NCBI GenBank assembly: GCA_003971905.1
Contig: RSEE01000039.1
Span: 62,001 to 126,000 of the forward strand
DNA length: 64,000 bases
Direction: 5' to 3'
Source of the DNA: Moniliella sp. 'wahieum'
Taxonomy: Eukaryota
Below, one piece after another: positions 11,805 through 25,716 of this stretch. Positions within the stretch are counted from its first letter, which is position 1; each line of letters opens with the position of its first letter. The position numbers and the translations under genes are program-made. Under the pieces are notes generated by a model. That model saw only the letters and a list, made by a program, of their open reading frames with translations. It made no database searches and was not told the origin of the DNA.

Positions 11805-13210
11805 ACCGACCACCATTTGCCTCGTTGCTAATCTCCGTGCTCGTCCGAGGAGAGGCTAGGCGGAGAGGCAAGTGGGAAGGCAGTGAGCCCCACTCAGGCA
11901 AACAGATTATAAACATCGACTTGGGCTGCTGACCTGTCCAATCTTCCAGCCTCAAGGGACTTGTTGCGGGTATTTGAGAAAGTGGCAAAAAGGAGCTTGG
12001 TTGCTGTCTTCCTTTCCACTCTGCACGGCGAACAATAAACGTGGTCTTCTCTCGCTTACTCCAACACACAGGTGGAGAGCTCCTTGACAATAGCAGCGCA
12101 GCGAGCAGCCCTTGTGGTGGTGTGGCCATGGTGTGGCTAACCGAGGGTCATTCGGTATCGACACGCGAACCCGCAGCAACAGACGCCAATGCCAAGCTCC
12201 AAACCGCGCCAATTATATACCGAAACTATCTGCCATGCTGCATGCCCTCTATCTCCTAGTTACGGCACTAAACAGCCCACAGCCTGATTCTCGGTGGTAT
12301 AGACGCGGTGCACTTATAATTTTGGTACTTACTACCCTGCACGTCGACAGATACGAATGCTGCGGAAGACGCCGCGCGCCCTCGGGGGACGATCGATCAT
12401 CGATGGCTCATTCTCGCTTCCGCATTGCATGACTCACGACACACATACCACGTATCGGGAAACGTCCGTGGCATTTGGGCCCTTTTGAGTTGAGGATGGT
12501 ATTGTCCCACAAGTACAAAATTGAAAGGCATGGATACTGATTGAGTCGCGGTATCCTTTTGTACGCCAACCTTTCCGCGGCAAAACGCCTTAATACTATT
12601 TTGATCTGTCCTGGTGTAGCCGGAGTCATGGGTCGTGTTGCGCCCGAAACAACAGTGTGAAATCTGACGCCATGCAATCCGCATACACGCCGAAAATGGG
12701 ATTGGCAAAGCAACATAATATACGCCGCGGAAAACTTTCGGCAATAAAGCTAGAATATCTCTTCGGCTATGTGCTCCTTCATCATGCACGCACTGTCCAG
12801 CATACTCCCTTTCGTGTGGAAACGCTATCAGTTCTTCGGAAGAGCAACACCCTGGGAACCTACGCGCGGCCTGAGGCGCTGCTGTACGAGCGAGGTCAAG
12901 CGACCTTCTTACGGCCTTAGTTGGTGTGGAAATGCCGCGGCAAAACAGAAGACGAGAGCGATTGAGAGATGTAGTAGTAGTTTTAGTATAAAACCCCTTT
13001 GTTCTCAATTCGTTTGGGTCCATCTTGGTCGAACCACAACCTCCCTCCGTCGTCCCGTCCATCTCGTCATGACGTTCGACACTCCATCTGTTTCTGTCCC
13101 CCTGCCAATGGCGAAGAAGAGAACAATAAGGCCCAAGTGCTGGACCGCATCGTGGACCCAGCCTTGGAAAAAGAGGAGTCGACGCTCTTCTTGCAAGGCC
13201 TGCATACTCC

Positions 13211-13736
13211 ATGTTCCAAGAGACCACCTTTGGCCAGGTAGTACGATGGGCGAGTAAGGGCAAGCTTTTCAAGTACGTCGACGAAACGGAGGATGCGTTG
13301 AGCCACGTCCCGGCCGCTAGTCTCGGCAAAACCAGTCGCCTCAAGTCGGCCCCATCACCCGAGGAGGAGAAAGGCAGCCGTACTTCGTTTTCAACCGTGA
13401 TCAACGCTCCAGGAGCGGTCGAAGGCCCGCCTTCTATGGATGCACCCGACGGTGACCCTTATCTAGTAGAATGGTTTTGGTCCGGAAGACAGGGACAATC
13501 CGCAAAATTGGTCGCATCTGCTCAAAACTGTGGCTTACCCTGGCCATCTCGATTCTGACGTTTAGCGTGTACATGGGCGCTGGTATTTACACGGCTTCGG
13601 AAGAGTTGATGGCCGAGTACTTTCACGTTTCGCTCGAGGCCGTGATTGTGGGGTTGACCGTCTTCATCGTTGGTTATGGGGTTCGTACACGCCTCCCCAG
13701 ACTATATATGACTCTCTGTAGAAATGGGAAAACTGA

Positions 13737-13767
<31 letters not shown>

Positions 13768-15209
13768 CAGCTAGGCCGATGATGGTCTGACGGCGGCTTC
13801 GGAAGTTTCCTGGATCGGACGCAACCTCCCTACATCGTTTGCCTCTCTATCTTTGTCATCCTCCAGATCCCCACGGCGCTCGTCGACAATTACGCCGGGA
13901 TGATTGTCCTGCGTTTCCTGGGGGGGTTTCTTTGGGGGTCCGCCTCTTGCCACGGGGGGGGCGAGCTTGGGGGACATTTGGCCTCCTACGCGGGTCGCGT
14001 TGGCGATTGGGTTCTGGTCGTTGGGAGCGGTGATGGGTCCCACGGCTGGCCCTCTGATTGTGGCTTTGCTTCGCAACGGTTGGGTTGGCGCTGGTCCATC
14101 TGGCCGTTACTCATCTTGTCTGGCACGACGTTGGTCCTGCTCGTGTTTACGCTCCCGGAAACGTTTGCCGATAAACATTTTGCTCCGTCGGGCCAAGCGA
14201 CTGCGCAAGTGACGGGCAATCCGCATTTGCGCGCGCGGTGTGAGCTCAAGCACAAGCAGACGTTCAAAGAAGAGGCGTACGAGACTTGGTTCGTCCGTTT
14301 ATCCTCGGCACGACCCAGCCGATCGTGATTGGGTTGAACATGCACATTGCATTGGTGTTGCTCTGATGTACGTCTTTCTCGAGAGCTTGCCTTGGTGTAC
14401 GTCGTGCCTCGTCCGAGGGCTATGGCTTCAACCTGGGCGAACTGGGAGTGGTATTTTTCTGCCTCAACATTACCTGTTGGATTGCGTATGGATTCTACTG
14501 GATCTGGCACGAGCGTCGGTTCATCCCTACCTTTATGAGCTACCTTCACCGCGGCAGCTTTCCGCCCACCGAGATCTGGTTGGATCTTTCTATCCTCGGT
14601 GGCATTACCCTGCCTGCGATCCTCTTCTTTTTTGCCTGGACGGCCACGCCCAAGATCCATTGGATTGTTCCGACCATTGCCTAGTGTATGTTTGCGGTTC
14701 CCTTTGCTTCGTTGTGCTGCGTTTCGTATGATTGTCATAAGCGCACCTGCTGACCTCGACGTTGTCCACCTCTGCTCCCTTCTAACACATGACAGCTTAA
14801 TGGCTCCGCCCATCTACTTTATCTTCCAAAGTTCGTTTGGGTACCTAGCCCAAGCCTACCCCAACTGGATCGCCAGCACGTTTTGCCGCGAACGAGCGAC
14901 GCGTGCAGCGGTGGGAAGCGCCTTGCCGCTCGTCTCGCGCCAGCTTTAGCAATATGCACAAGTGGTACGGCCCACGTCACTTCCCCATCGCGTGGGGCGC
15001 TACCGTGCTGGGTTCATCGCGTTGGCCATGGCGCCCATCCCTATCCTTCTCCATCGCTATGGACCCCAACTGCGGAAGTGGTCCAACTATGCCGCCACGC
15101 TCGACATGGGACGGGGGATGCTCATGAAGCCAAGGGAAAGGATGAAGAAGAAGAAGACCAGAACAAGCAAGAGCAAGAACAAGAACAACAGAGGGAGCAA
15201 GGCGCCTAA
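13211..15209 (+). CDS. MFS drug:H+ antiporter, DHA1 family (Flr1/Mdr1-like), frameshifted in the assembly
   Basis: MFQETTFGQVVRWASKGKLFKY, PYLVEWF..DNPQNW, LRFLGGF..PPLATGGASLGDIW, LGWRWSIW, LPET and YGPQLRKWS; introns at about 13681-13770 (with a CT microsatellite) and 14686-14794. Confidence 0.9.
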
Positions 15210-15673
15210 CCGTTTTACTATTTCTATATTTCTAGCTCGATTCTTGCTCTGCCCTCCCTTTCTCCCACAATCAACTGGCACCGCCTCTCGTAATCGTCAC
15301 TCCCCCCCTCTCTTTTGCCTATTCGCCTTTTCGGGTGGTTCCCGACCCTGAATTGGCTTTACCTTGTTGAGCTCTGGTCCCCGCGTCGCAGGTCTCCGCC
15401 ATCAAGCGGCGGATATGCCTCTTCTTTGAACTACAGTACCCTTCATGTTCCCAGCATGTCCTGGTCCCCGTAACATAAGATTTCATCACAGGTTGCCCAG
15501 AGCGTGCCACCGTGCAAAGGATAGAAACAGGCATCTGCAGAGAGGGGCAGGTAACATCGGACACATGAAAAGATTGATCCAAGAGGGAAAGTAAATGGAG
15601 AGGGAGTGACAAGGCGCGGGCCCCGCTGGAGGAGGGGGGGCGGGGGGGAGCTGTGAGGGCGGGGAAGCGAGCT

Positions 15674-17504
15674 CTACTCAAAGGACAGGACGGGACGAGC
15701 CGAGGTATAACCGCTTCGGTCCGACATTTTCTTGTCATCTTGCGACGGCACTTCGTACACCTCTTCCTCCTCCAGACCCAGTTCCTTGGGGTCGTACCCG
15801 TGTTCGCGCAGATAGGCAATAAACGCTGCGTCCTCCTTCTTCATCCCGTCTTGTACGACGGGCGGGATAAAGAGATAGGTGATCGCAGCGCTGAACAGAG
15901 CCAAGCCACCGCAATGTAGAACGGACCCGAGTACTTCAGAATGGGATTGTACTTGGCCATGGCCTTTTTGATGTCGGGGTACACATACGACCCTACAAAC
16001 GCCGATCTGGAACCCAAACCAATCACCTGGTCAGCAACTTTCATCATGTCGAGAGGGAAGGGAGAGGATTGGAGGAATGCGTACCTTGCCTACCGCTGCA
16101 GCGACACCATATGCTACCCGCGGACACACGGGGGCGACCGCCTTGGAGGCGAGCAAACCGAGGTTGTTCCCTGGACCCAGTTCGCCCAAGGCAAGGAAGC
16201 AGCCCAACACGAGGATGAAGCCGGCAATGGGTTTTGGAGGAAAGAGTACCCGCCAGCCAAACGCAAAGGCTGATTGCATGACCAAGCCCAGATCATGCAG
16301 TTCTGGCCCCAGCCGCTCCCCACAAACATGGCCCCAATCAGGGTGCCAGGCAAAAAAAACATTGATGAGTGTGGTCCATCCCAGGACCTTGTACAGACTT
16401 TGCTGTCCATCGGACCGGGCTTGACAACAGAAAGAGAATCTGGCTAATGTACAGACCAGTGGGGTAGGTGACCCAGTCGTACGACCACCATGCAAGGCAG
16501 AGCGCAGTGAGCGGACTCCGTAGCGCTTGATGATCAGCCACCATGGCAGCTTGGACCATTTGATGTGATACTTGGTGTACGCCTCCGTTTCCTTCATCTG
16601 GAAGCGGAAGAGGAGCACAGTCAAGGGAGGGACGGCGCCCAAGCCGAGCGAAACACGCCAGACGGTGGTCAGCTGTCCGGGGGAGGTCCCACCAGCGATC
16701 CAAAGGATGATGAGCGGGACAAAGGCCGCGACAACAAAGCCAAAGTCAATAGCGCAGTTGGTGCCAAGGAAAAGTACATTTGTTGCCGGTTCTTCTTGAC
16801 GCCTTCCTGCTCGGTGTTTTCCGAGGCAGCGACCGAGCCTGGGTACTCGGCTCCAATACCAATACCAATCAGGAAACGGTACGCAATCAGGGCATCAAAC
16901 AAGCCGCCAAGCGCATGGTTGCCCGTGGCGGGCGAGCCGCCTGCGCCCCACGCGCCAGCAGAGAGGATGGATATAATGGTAAGCCAGATCGAAGCAAAGA
17001 GCATAGCGCCCTTGCGCCCAGTCAAGTCGACCGCCACGCCAAACACAAGCATGCCCAGCACGGTGCCGGCAAAGGCGAGGGACGAGAAGAGTTGACTGAA
17101 ATTAGCGACACGCGGGTCGTCAGGGTAGAGATAGGTCTGGGTGGGTACCTGTGTTAGCCAACAGCTGTCCAGGAGGGGAAGGCGATAGGGAGGGGGGGGG
17201 GGGGGGCACGTACTGTAATGACCGTGTTGGTCGCACCCGACACGGCGTTCACATAGCTTTACGGAGGAAAAGAAAATAATGCACCGTCAGCAGTCAGGCG
17301 ACGGGGCAGAGGGGGATGGTAAGGGGGGACGTACCCATCTGAGAAGAGGGCGCTGCCACTGGCAAAGACGGCGCCGAGCTGGCCGACTTGGAACATGCGC
17401 TTGTAGAGTGGGTCGCGGCGGGGGGCGTCGGCCTCATGAGGGGTGGTGACCAAGTCATCGACGGGCAAGTCGGGCGAGGAGCGCGAGGCGCGCTTGAAGA
17501 GCAT
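15674..17504 (-). CDS. GIT1: MFS glycerophosphodiester/phosphate permease (Git1-like), frameshifted in the assembly
   Basis: VFASGSALFSDGY|VNAVSG, GTVLGMLVFG..D..GRK, YRFLIGIGIGAEYPGSVAASE, LGELGPGNNLGLLASK and AYGVAAAVGK; several short introns. Confidence 0.88.
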
Positions 17505-20500
17505 GGGGAGGACGCGGGTGGGGACGAGGGGCGCGCGGAGGAGGCCGAGACGAAGAAGAAAAGACGGGAGAGGCTGAGGGCAGCGGTGGTGGTGGCGACC
17601 GAGCCGAGCAGGGAGCCTGTCGGATGGCATTTAGGGCGGCGTGCCGATGGGCTGGGCAGGCAAAGCACCCCGGCTATGTGCGGTGCTTGGCAGAGTGCCT
17701 CGTGCCTCGTTCCCCATGCCCCGTGCCTCAGAGGCAGCGCATCGGCTGCTCAGGCACCAGTGCCCCCGTGCCCCAGTGCCCCGTGCCCCGTGCGCCGGGC
17801 TGCCTTGGCTTTGCTGTGGTTAGCAGGTACTAGTTACTGATTCATGATTCGACCCCGGTGATCGATCTGATCGGTGATCATGATCTGACGCACACATCAC
17901 ACATCCTGCCTGCGGGCTCCTGCCTGCTGTCTGCTGCGTCCGTCGGCCTGCCTGCTGCCTGCTGCCTGCCTGCGCCTGCCGCTCCTGGGCAGTGTGGAGG
18001 GGGCGGATGCGCACGAGGCCTTGGGCGAATATTCATGCCCAGGCGCCAGGGCAGCCCGCAGGCCCCACGCTGTACGAGCCTCACCGCACCAGCCCAGTGT
18101 GGAGGGCTTGCCATGCGTATCGCGTATCGCCGCTGAAACCGACTGCAACCAACTAGTCACTCTTAACGCTTAACTAGCTTAACGCTTAACCCTCCGCAGC
18201 CTCACGTGAGCTGCGCTGCCGCCCTGCCCGCACCCCACCACTGTTCGGCCCCCAGCGCTCGCCTCTTGCCCCTCGCCGCTCGCCCGCCCCAGCCTGCCGA
18301 GTGTGCCCAACCCACACCTCCCAGGCCCCACGTTCCCTTAGGCCTCGGGTTTTGTTGGTGCTCGGGCTCGGGCGCACGACACACACGGCCTGGCCGAACG
18401 TCCGCACCATCTGGCATCTCCACTCGGACTCCATCCTGCACCCCCACCAGCATGCGCGCCATGCGCACGCATACGTACGCCACATGTCCAGGCTTTCAAC
18501 AATTTCAATGTTTGTACCGAATGTTTCACCCCCACGTACTGACTCAGTTGCTGAGACCACGTGGTAGGCACCCCTCACAGGCCTCACACCCGCTCCGGCA
18601 CCCGACCACTACGCCCCCCGGCCCCACCGGCACCCCTCCGGCACCCCAACGCCTCCGCGCGGCATCATCCATCATGCCATGCGCCATCCTTCAGTGCCTC
18701 CATCCAATATCCATCATCGATCATCGACCATCAAACAATGCTGTCGGGACTGATGACAATCACCCCTTTGATCGATGAGTATACTCAAACTGAGTACTCA
18801 ACTGAGTTTTCCTCTCCACATTTTCCTCTCTCCGTCCAAGCACAATGATCGATGATCGAGATGACCCAGGCAGCTGCTGTCCATCTTCTATGCTCTGCTC
18901 CCATTTGTCTTTGCCACACTCCCACCGCTCGCCATTTCCATCTGTCCCTCTCGCCTCACCTCCTCCACTTCCACTCCCCACACTTGCCACAGCCCGCAGC
19001 GCCAGCCACTTCCGTCTCGCCTTCCCACGCATTCTACCACGACGAGGCACACGCTTTTCCACGCCAAAGTCTTTCTCACCTCCGGCCTCGGGCTGGTAGC
19101 AGCTGGAAAGTAGCCTCAGCCTCCTCCCACCCAGGTGTATACCGGAGCTGGACTTGCTGGGCCGCTGTCCATCGTCCATATCCCACTCGAGCTGCGTCGT
19201 TCTCTTCGGCCAATGGGTATGATGCCCTAGTTAGTTGGATGAATAAGGCGGCTATAATAGATCCGTGTGGAGAGGGTGCCTAGCCAACCCCTTCCGCTCC
19301 TCGCCGCCCAACCATCCGTTTTCGCCCGGCTGATCCATGTGGCCCAGACGAACGAACTGTTGGTGCGATGCCCGCGCCATACATCCTGCGTGGTAGGCAT
19401 CACGTCTATTACTTATACTTTTTATCGTCCGGGACGCACCCTCTGCTCTGCGGTACCCTCCGCTATATAACGTCCTACCCTTCTCGCAGCCCCCACAGCA
19501 TACCTCCCCTCCAAACGCCTTCATACTCCTGGCATAACAAAGGATCAGGTGCAGGTGCAGGTGCAGATGGACGGTGAACGCGAAGGTGGGGGATACAAAA
19601 TGGCAGGCAGCATGGACAAGCTAATCAGGTATGCAATGCGATGAGAAGAGGTTAAAAGTGAGGAAAAGGGGGAAAGGGGGACGAGGGAAGTCGATTGGGA
19701 CGAGAGGAGGAAAATGTACGAAAGGGGAGACAAGGATAGTACTGATAAAGCAACCGAGGGCACTCCTTCTACGTCTTGGGCGGGGCAAACTGTGGTGTGC
19801 GGGGTATAACTCCAAGGGCGTGCAAACGCGCGTCCTACGCCGACGCGGTGGGGCTTGGTTGTCGTGTGGCGAGACGATTTGGGCGCACAAAGTACCGCAC
19901 GCATGCGCGCAGTCCCAACCACCCTCTGAGCTTGGGAATGCGCGTGGCAGAAGCAGGCGCGGTTGGGGGGGTAACAACCTGTCTGGTGCTTGGGACGGGC
20001 GCATCAGGAAGAGGATGAGTTTCTTCGAGCGCACCCTGGGTTCAAGCATCGTTTGCAGTAGTTGTCCTACCTCCTCAAGTGCCGCTGTGGAACTTGGGGT
20101 GGAAGGAGCAGAAGGCTCATCCGCCTTTCCTGGGGCTAGTCCGAGCGCAATGGTCATGGCAAAGGCAGGCGGGAGGTAGAAGTGGCTTGGCGCACCAGGC
20201 GACAAGAGTGAAAGGAGGACGGTGAGATGAGGATGATGGCGGTGGGAAAGGAAAGATATATATCAGTCCTGCCTGTGGGTGCTTACAGCTCTGATTCATG
20301 GTGCAGAGAGGCACTCACTATAAGTAACAACACTGCCATCCTTGTTTGGCTATAAGAAGACTTGCCCCGTGTGGGTAACAAAGGCACCTGATGAAAGCGC
20401 CCCTTCCCATTCTGCGTATACCAGTGGCGTTACTGTTTACCTTCACACGACGAGTGCGGGCCATAGACCACACATAAGCTCAGTACCACCGCGCCTATTT

Positions 20501-21906
20501 CCAATCGGCGCAGCCCGCCTCCAAAGGTAATGAAGTTGATGATGGACCGAGATCCACACACAGCTGTGACATTTCCCTTTCGGCTTCTGCCACAGCTCTT
20601 CTGCCTTTCAAGGCGTGCTTTCCGGTGCCGCGACCCCGCCAGACTTAATTTTCACAGCTCCGGTCCAAAGCGGGCGCCCCGCATATGACAACGCCCATCC
20701 ATCCCAAAAACGCCACCAACTATATTGCCTGACACGCTGACACTAAAAGCTCTTTATTATATACGAGCTGAACAAAAATTGCTTTGCAGTTTGAAGTGCA
20801 CCATGTCGCCGCTCTCTCAAAACCGCCCCTATTTACCACGATCAACAGACAATGCATTGCTGGCGCCGCTCCTGGGACCCTTGATGCAAACCATGCATCG
20901 GTCCGATTTGTCAACCTGCTCCGGGCTCTCCGTGACGGTCGCGGGTTACCCCGTCAGGGACATATAATAGACGTTCTTTACTAAACTCTATCCTAGGATC
21001 TGATGATCTTTCCGACTCGGGAGCCGTTGATGGACAACGTAGTCCCTGGACCCTTTGAGTGGATCTCTGGCCAACCTTGCAGTCTACTCCTACGGATCGT
21101 AGGGAGCTTGGTGATCGTTTTGCTCTTCTGTGAACTTGCTGAGATATTTTGTTGCTGATGCAGCCACTGTTTGTCCGTATCAGGTTCGGAGTAGCAATGC
21201 GGTTCGCCTTGAGGACACTAATGTTTTCTCAGGCACCAGGCCTGTGATGCACTAGCTTTTCATGGCCTCATTAATCATTACTCATTGGACAGCATATACT
21301 TGCTTCTTCCTCGTCTCTTCCTGGCCGTATGCTGGTCTGTTCACAGCGTTCTGTTATTGGAGCCCAAGGGTAGACCCAAGACGTTCTACCATTGCACCAC
21401 TCGAAGACAGCAGTTGGTATCCGTTTATCTTTTCTCTAACCTTCAAACCGCGTAGATGGATGTCAAGAACACCAATATGCTCGACCCTACGTTTTCCCTA
21501 TATGTCTTTGGGGGGGCGCTGCAGGCGGCGCACGATGACGAACAAATCATCCATGATGGACGGGGAGGCATAAAAAAAGGCTGGTGACCAAGCGACCAAG
21601 CTAACGGTCGCCTCAGTCGATCGTCATTAAGGTACGCGCCCAAGCGAGACAAAGGAAAGACGACCCGAACCGAACAGAAAGAAAGGAAAGGAAAAGTTGG
21701 GGCTATACGAACAAGGTATGCTAGTAAGAGCAAACAAACGTGAACACATGTGAGCCAAAAAAATGCCCGTCAAAGTGGAAGAACAATCATGACAATCCCC
21801 CTACGAACCCGGGGACGGGGGACAGGGGAGAGAGAAGGAAGAGGGAGGAGGGAAGGGAAGAGGACCAGACACAGGATCAGGATCGGGGTATGAGAAGGAG
21901 GGACGC

Positions 21907-22654
21907 TCAAAGCAGGGCCCACATGGCCGAAGCGCCAGCACCAACAGCTGCCATCAGGGGGACGACCACGGTACCAGCAGGCGACTTGGACGACGATCCC
22001 TTAGAGGCCGAGGCCGAGGAAGTGGCTTGGCCCGAGATGACGCTGGCGCCCGACGAGGACAGCGAAGCCGTCAGCGTGGAGCTGCCGACAGTGGCCGTGC
22101 CGGTCGAGGAGCCTTCGGGAACAGCAGTGGCGGTCGCGGGGGCAGTACCGTTGGGGGAGATGGTGAAGGTGGAGCTGTTGGCAAAGACCTGGGGGTGGTT
22201 CAGCGAGTACTGCGACGCATTGACAAACAGGGCAGTGTAGGTGCCGGCGGGAATGCAGGTGAGCGCAATCACTGCCTCGCCAGCGTGGTGTTGAGACTGT
22301 TGGCGATCTGGTAGTTGCCAATGAGTTGCTGCTGGTTCGAGTTGAGCAGGGCCACGCTAAACAGAGGAGGGTCGTTTTGCTGGTACGTCCACTTGAGCGT
22401 GTTGTTTTGGCAAGCGACCCAGTAGGCATCTGGGTGCGCGAGTTAGCATCAGTCCGACGTGCAGGGCGGAGCAGGGAGGGGGTGTGGGTGGATGCAGAGC
22501 CCCCGCGCTGGGGCGACTCGAGGGGGACAAGGCATGCACTGTAGCCGGAGCGGGGAGGAGACGTACCAGAGGCGGAGGAAGGGAAGGTGATGTCGAACGC
22601 CGAGACGCCCGCAGCGAGCGCGAGGGAGGCAGCGGCAACAGTGGTGAGCTTCAT
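21907..22654 (-). CDS. Small secreted Ser/Thr-rich, probably GPI-anchored cell-surface protein
   Basis: Signal peptide MKLTTVAAASLALAAGVSA; intron at about 22567-22430; YWVACQNNTLKWTY..FSVALLN..FANSSTFTI; S/T-rich stalk; hydrophobic tail VVVPLMAAVGAGASAMWALL*. Confidence 0.82.
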
Positions 22655-23684
22655 GGCAGACGAGAGAGGCAGAGGGGTGGTGGGGGGAGGGGTGGTTTGC
22701 ACAACACGCGGCGGTGGGTTGCGCCGCCCAAGCAGCGGGCTGGGATTTAATAGGACAGCGTTGGCCGACTGGACAGTTGACGCGTGATGCGCGTGACGGC
22801 GGCTGCCCCCCTGCCTGGTGGTCGTTTGCTCTGCCGATCTGACGCGTGACGCCTTCCGACGCCCATTTTCCGACGCTTCTGTGGTTGGCGCTTGGCGGGG
22901 CTCAAGCGCCCAGCGGCTGGGACTGCCCCCGCGGCGGGTAGATCCTGCCCGAGCCACACCGTGCCGTGTGCTGCCGCCGAGTGGGCCAGGGTGTGTCCGC
23001 GTGTGCCGCCCCCGCCGACACCCGCCCAGAGAGGGAAAAAGGCAGGAGACGGGCACAGTGCACTGGCTCCCCCAGCTCCCACCTGCCTCATCGATCATCG
23101 ATCGTCGACGTCCGAGCGGCGCCTGCTGCGCCCCCTTCCCCCCAGGTGGCCCCTGGGAAGGGGGGCAGTGGGTGGATGGCGTGGCGCGGCGCGGCAACCT
23201 GCCAAGTGGGATGTTCCATGATCGATGACAGGACAGCGATGACCGGTGACCAGGAACATGGTTCTCCTTTCCCATCTACTGCCTCCAGCCCAGCTGGTGG
23301 CCCCCCACCAGCCACCGCCGCGCAACTCCATCTGATCGTCCTCTGGTCTCCGCCCTTCTACGCTCCGCGCCCCAGTGGCACCCCCTCCCCCTTTTACCAC
23401 CACAGCCGAGGCACTTAAGAGTGACTAGGTGACAGGGTAGTCACCAGTCCCTGCTTCACTGGGTACTGGCCACCTCTCGGTGGGCAGGCGCTGTGTATTT
23501 TGGCCAAGTGGGTGGCACATGGCCCACCTTGCGGAAGAAGGCGGCTGCAAGTTGGAATCCATCCACAGTTGCAATGTCTGTCTGCGTGGACCATGCTGTC
23601 GCGGAGGTTCAAGCACACGCAGTGGCGCGGCCCATCCCACCCGCTCAATTGCAACTTTCGGGTCCACAGAGATTCAATTACTGC

Positions 23685-23727
23685 ATGTTCAATGTTCAAT
23701 GTTCAATGTGCAATGTTCAATGTTCAA
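23685..23727. repeat. (ATGTTCA)n 7-mer tandem repeat, about 6 copies
   Basis: catgttcaatgttcaatgttcaatgtgcaatgttcaatgttcaa read directly. Confidence 0.85.
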
Positions 23728-24068
23728 AGCACATTCACCTTTCAAGTTTCATTGCGGCCCTTCTCGTTGAATACGTCGTGTGTGGATCACCAGTCACATG
23801 CACGCCACCAGTGGCAGGGATTGATAATCGATCGATAATCCCCCAGAGAGAGTTCGCGCATGCTAGCGCTTCTTCCCTCACTTTAACCTCATCCGCCCCG
23901 AGCCGGAGTTTGATAAGCACCGTCCAGCGTCCAGCACTCGTTTCGCCTGCAGCGTCGTGTTGCGTTGGCATCGAACCCAACGCGTGCGACTGGGACGCTG
24001 GCTCCCACACCTTAACGCTGGCACCACCCCCCCCTTCGCTCGCCTGTCCTTTCTGCTTGCTGGCCACC

Positions 24069-25716
24069 ATGAGCGCCAGGTACAGCCAGCTCCCCACTGA
24101 CGCCAGTGACGACACGCCCACGCCGCGGCTCTTTCCGCCCCGTCTTCCGCCGCCGCGCTGGCGGCCGCCCAGTCCGACCCGCCCGAACCCGACGACGAGG
24201 ACGGCCTTACGGGCGCCGAGGCGACCGATGCATGGCAGGAAATGACGCCTCTCGCCCGCTTGGGCATCTACATTGCGTTTGGATTGCTGGGTGCCGGCGT
24301 GCTTCTTCCCTTGTACGTGCTTTCGCAGTGATCTCCTGAGCCAGCGGCAAGGCAGGCTAACTGGGACCGTTGGTCGCTGCAGCAACGTGGTCATTACCCC
24401 CGTCCGAGTACTACCGTACGCGCTTTGCCGACACGCCCTTTGCCCATAACTTTGCCAACTGGCTCATTGTGAGCTACAACTGCACGGCCATCTTTTTCCA
24501 AGGAGCGGCGACCAAGTCGCTGCCCAAGACCACCCCGTCCAAGCGGATCGGACGGTCGGGAGTGCTGCTGCTGTTCTGCTTCTTGGCCTTCACTCTCATC
24601 ACCGCCCTTGGGCCGGGCAACACTCCGGACCCCGAGGTAGACACGCGAGGTGCGGACCTGTTCTACTTTGGTGCGCTTTTGGTCTGGGCCAATACCCTGG
24701 CCGCCGGCTGCAGTTACTTCCAAAACGCCGTGGTCGCGCTCAGTTCGGCGTTTGGCCCACTTTGTATGGCACGATGCTTTCGTTCCAGGGCATCATTGCG
24801 GTGGTTGTGTCGGTGATCCAATTGGTGGCGGCTGTCTCCTTTGTCCGCTCTCACCCGCCTGCTAACGATACGGCAGGAGTGCAATCTGTCGATGCTGAAT
24901 CCAGCCACCATTGTGTTTTTCGTGATTTCCGTCATGCTGATGAGCGTGGTTCTGATCGCCTTCCGTCTGCTGATTCAGACCGACCTGTTTTGGGAAGTGC
25001 ATTACAAAGAAGCTGGCTCCTCCTCTTGGGCCCGGGTGGACGGGGAGGAGCATGCGGAAGAGCATGACGGTGCGTCGTGGGCTCTCTTGGGTCGTCTGGG
25101 CAAAAAAGTATGGTACTTTTGTTTGGCCATGGTACTCAACTTTGTCGTTACCCTTGCTCTCTTCCCTACGGTTACAAGTCGCGTCCTCCACTTCGCCCAA
25201 GGGAACGCTACTCGGTTCTCCGCTCGTTTTTGCCTCGCTCCATTTCTTCCTGTTCAACTTGAGCGATGTAGTCGGTCGCACGCTACCTTCCTTCCTTCCC
25301 TCCAGCTGGCTTCCCTCACGCCCAGCGTCGGTACTGGTCTTTGCCTTGGCCCGGGTCTTGTTTGTCCCGCTCTTCCAGCATGCCCACACGGGAGGTGCCG
25401 TGGCCGCTTTCTCCGCTCCCGCCCTTAGCGTCCAGGACCAAGGACTGGGCAATGCCACATCTCTCTCCTGGCGCCACGGGCGGTGATGGGAGCGACGCCG
25501 ACGCCTCCCTTTTTGCAGCAAGACTGGGTCTTCTTTACGGTGCTCTTCCTCTTTGGTGCATCGAACGGGTACCTGATCACCAGCCTGTTTGTCTCCACTC
25601 CTTCCCACCCTGGGCTCGATGCCGAGGAAAAACGCTTGGCCGCCTCGGTGCTGAGCTTTTGGTTGGCGATTGGCCTGGCGCTGGGAAGCGCCTTCTCGTT
25701 TGTGGTGGACAAGTAA
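24069..25716 (+). CDS. Equilibrative nucleoside transporter (ENT/Fun26 family), frameshifted in the assembly
   Basis: YIAFGLLGAGVLLP|NVVIT..YYRTRF, SYFQNAVVALSSAFGP, QGIIAVVVS, FVVTLALFPTVT, FGASNGY and GLALGSAFSF. Confidence 0.9.

Noticed and set aside
12397..13404. 335-aa minus-strand ORF and neighbouring short ORFs
   Set aside because: No recognisable domain, overlaps the MFS start antisense, and the composition looks non-coding.
19545..21700. Short ORFs between Git1 and the GPI-protein gene
   Set aside because: No motif support; could be decayed sequence, but I cannot assign it.
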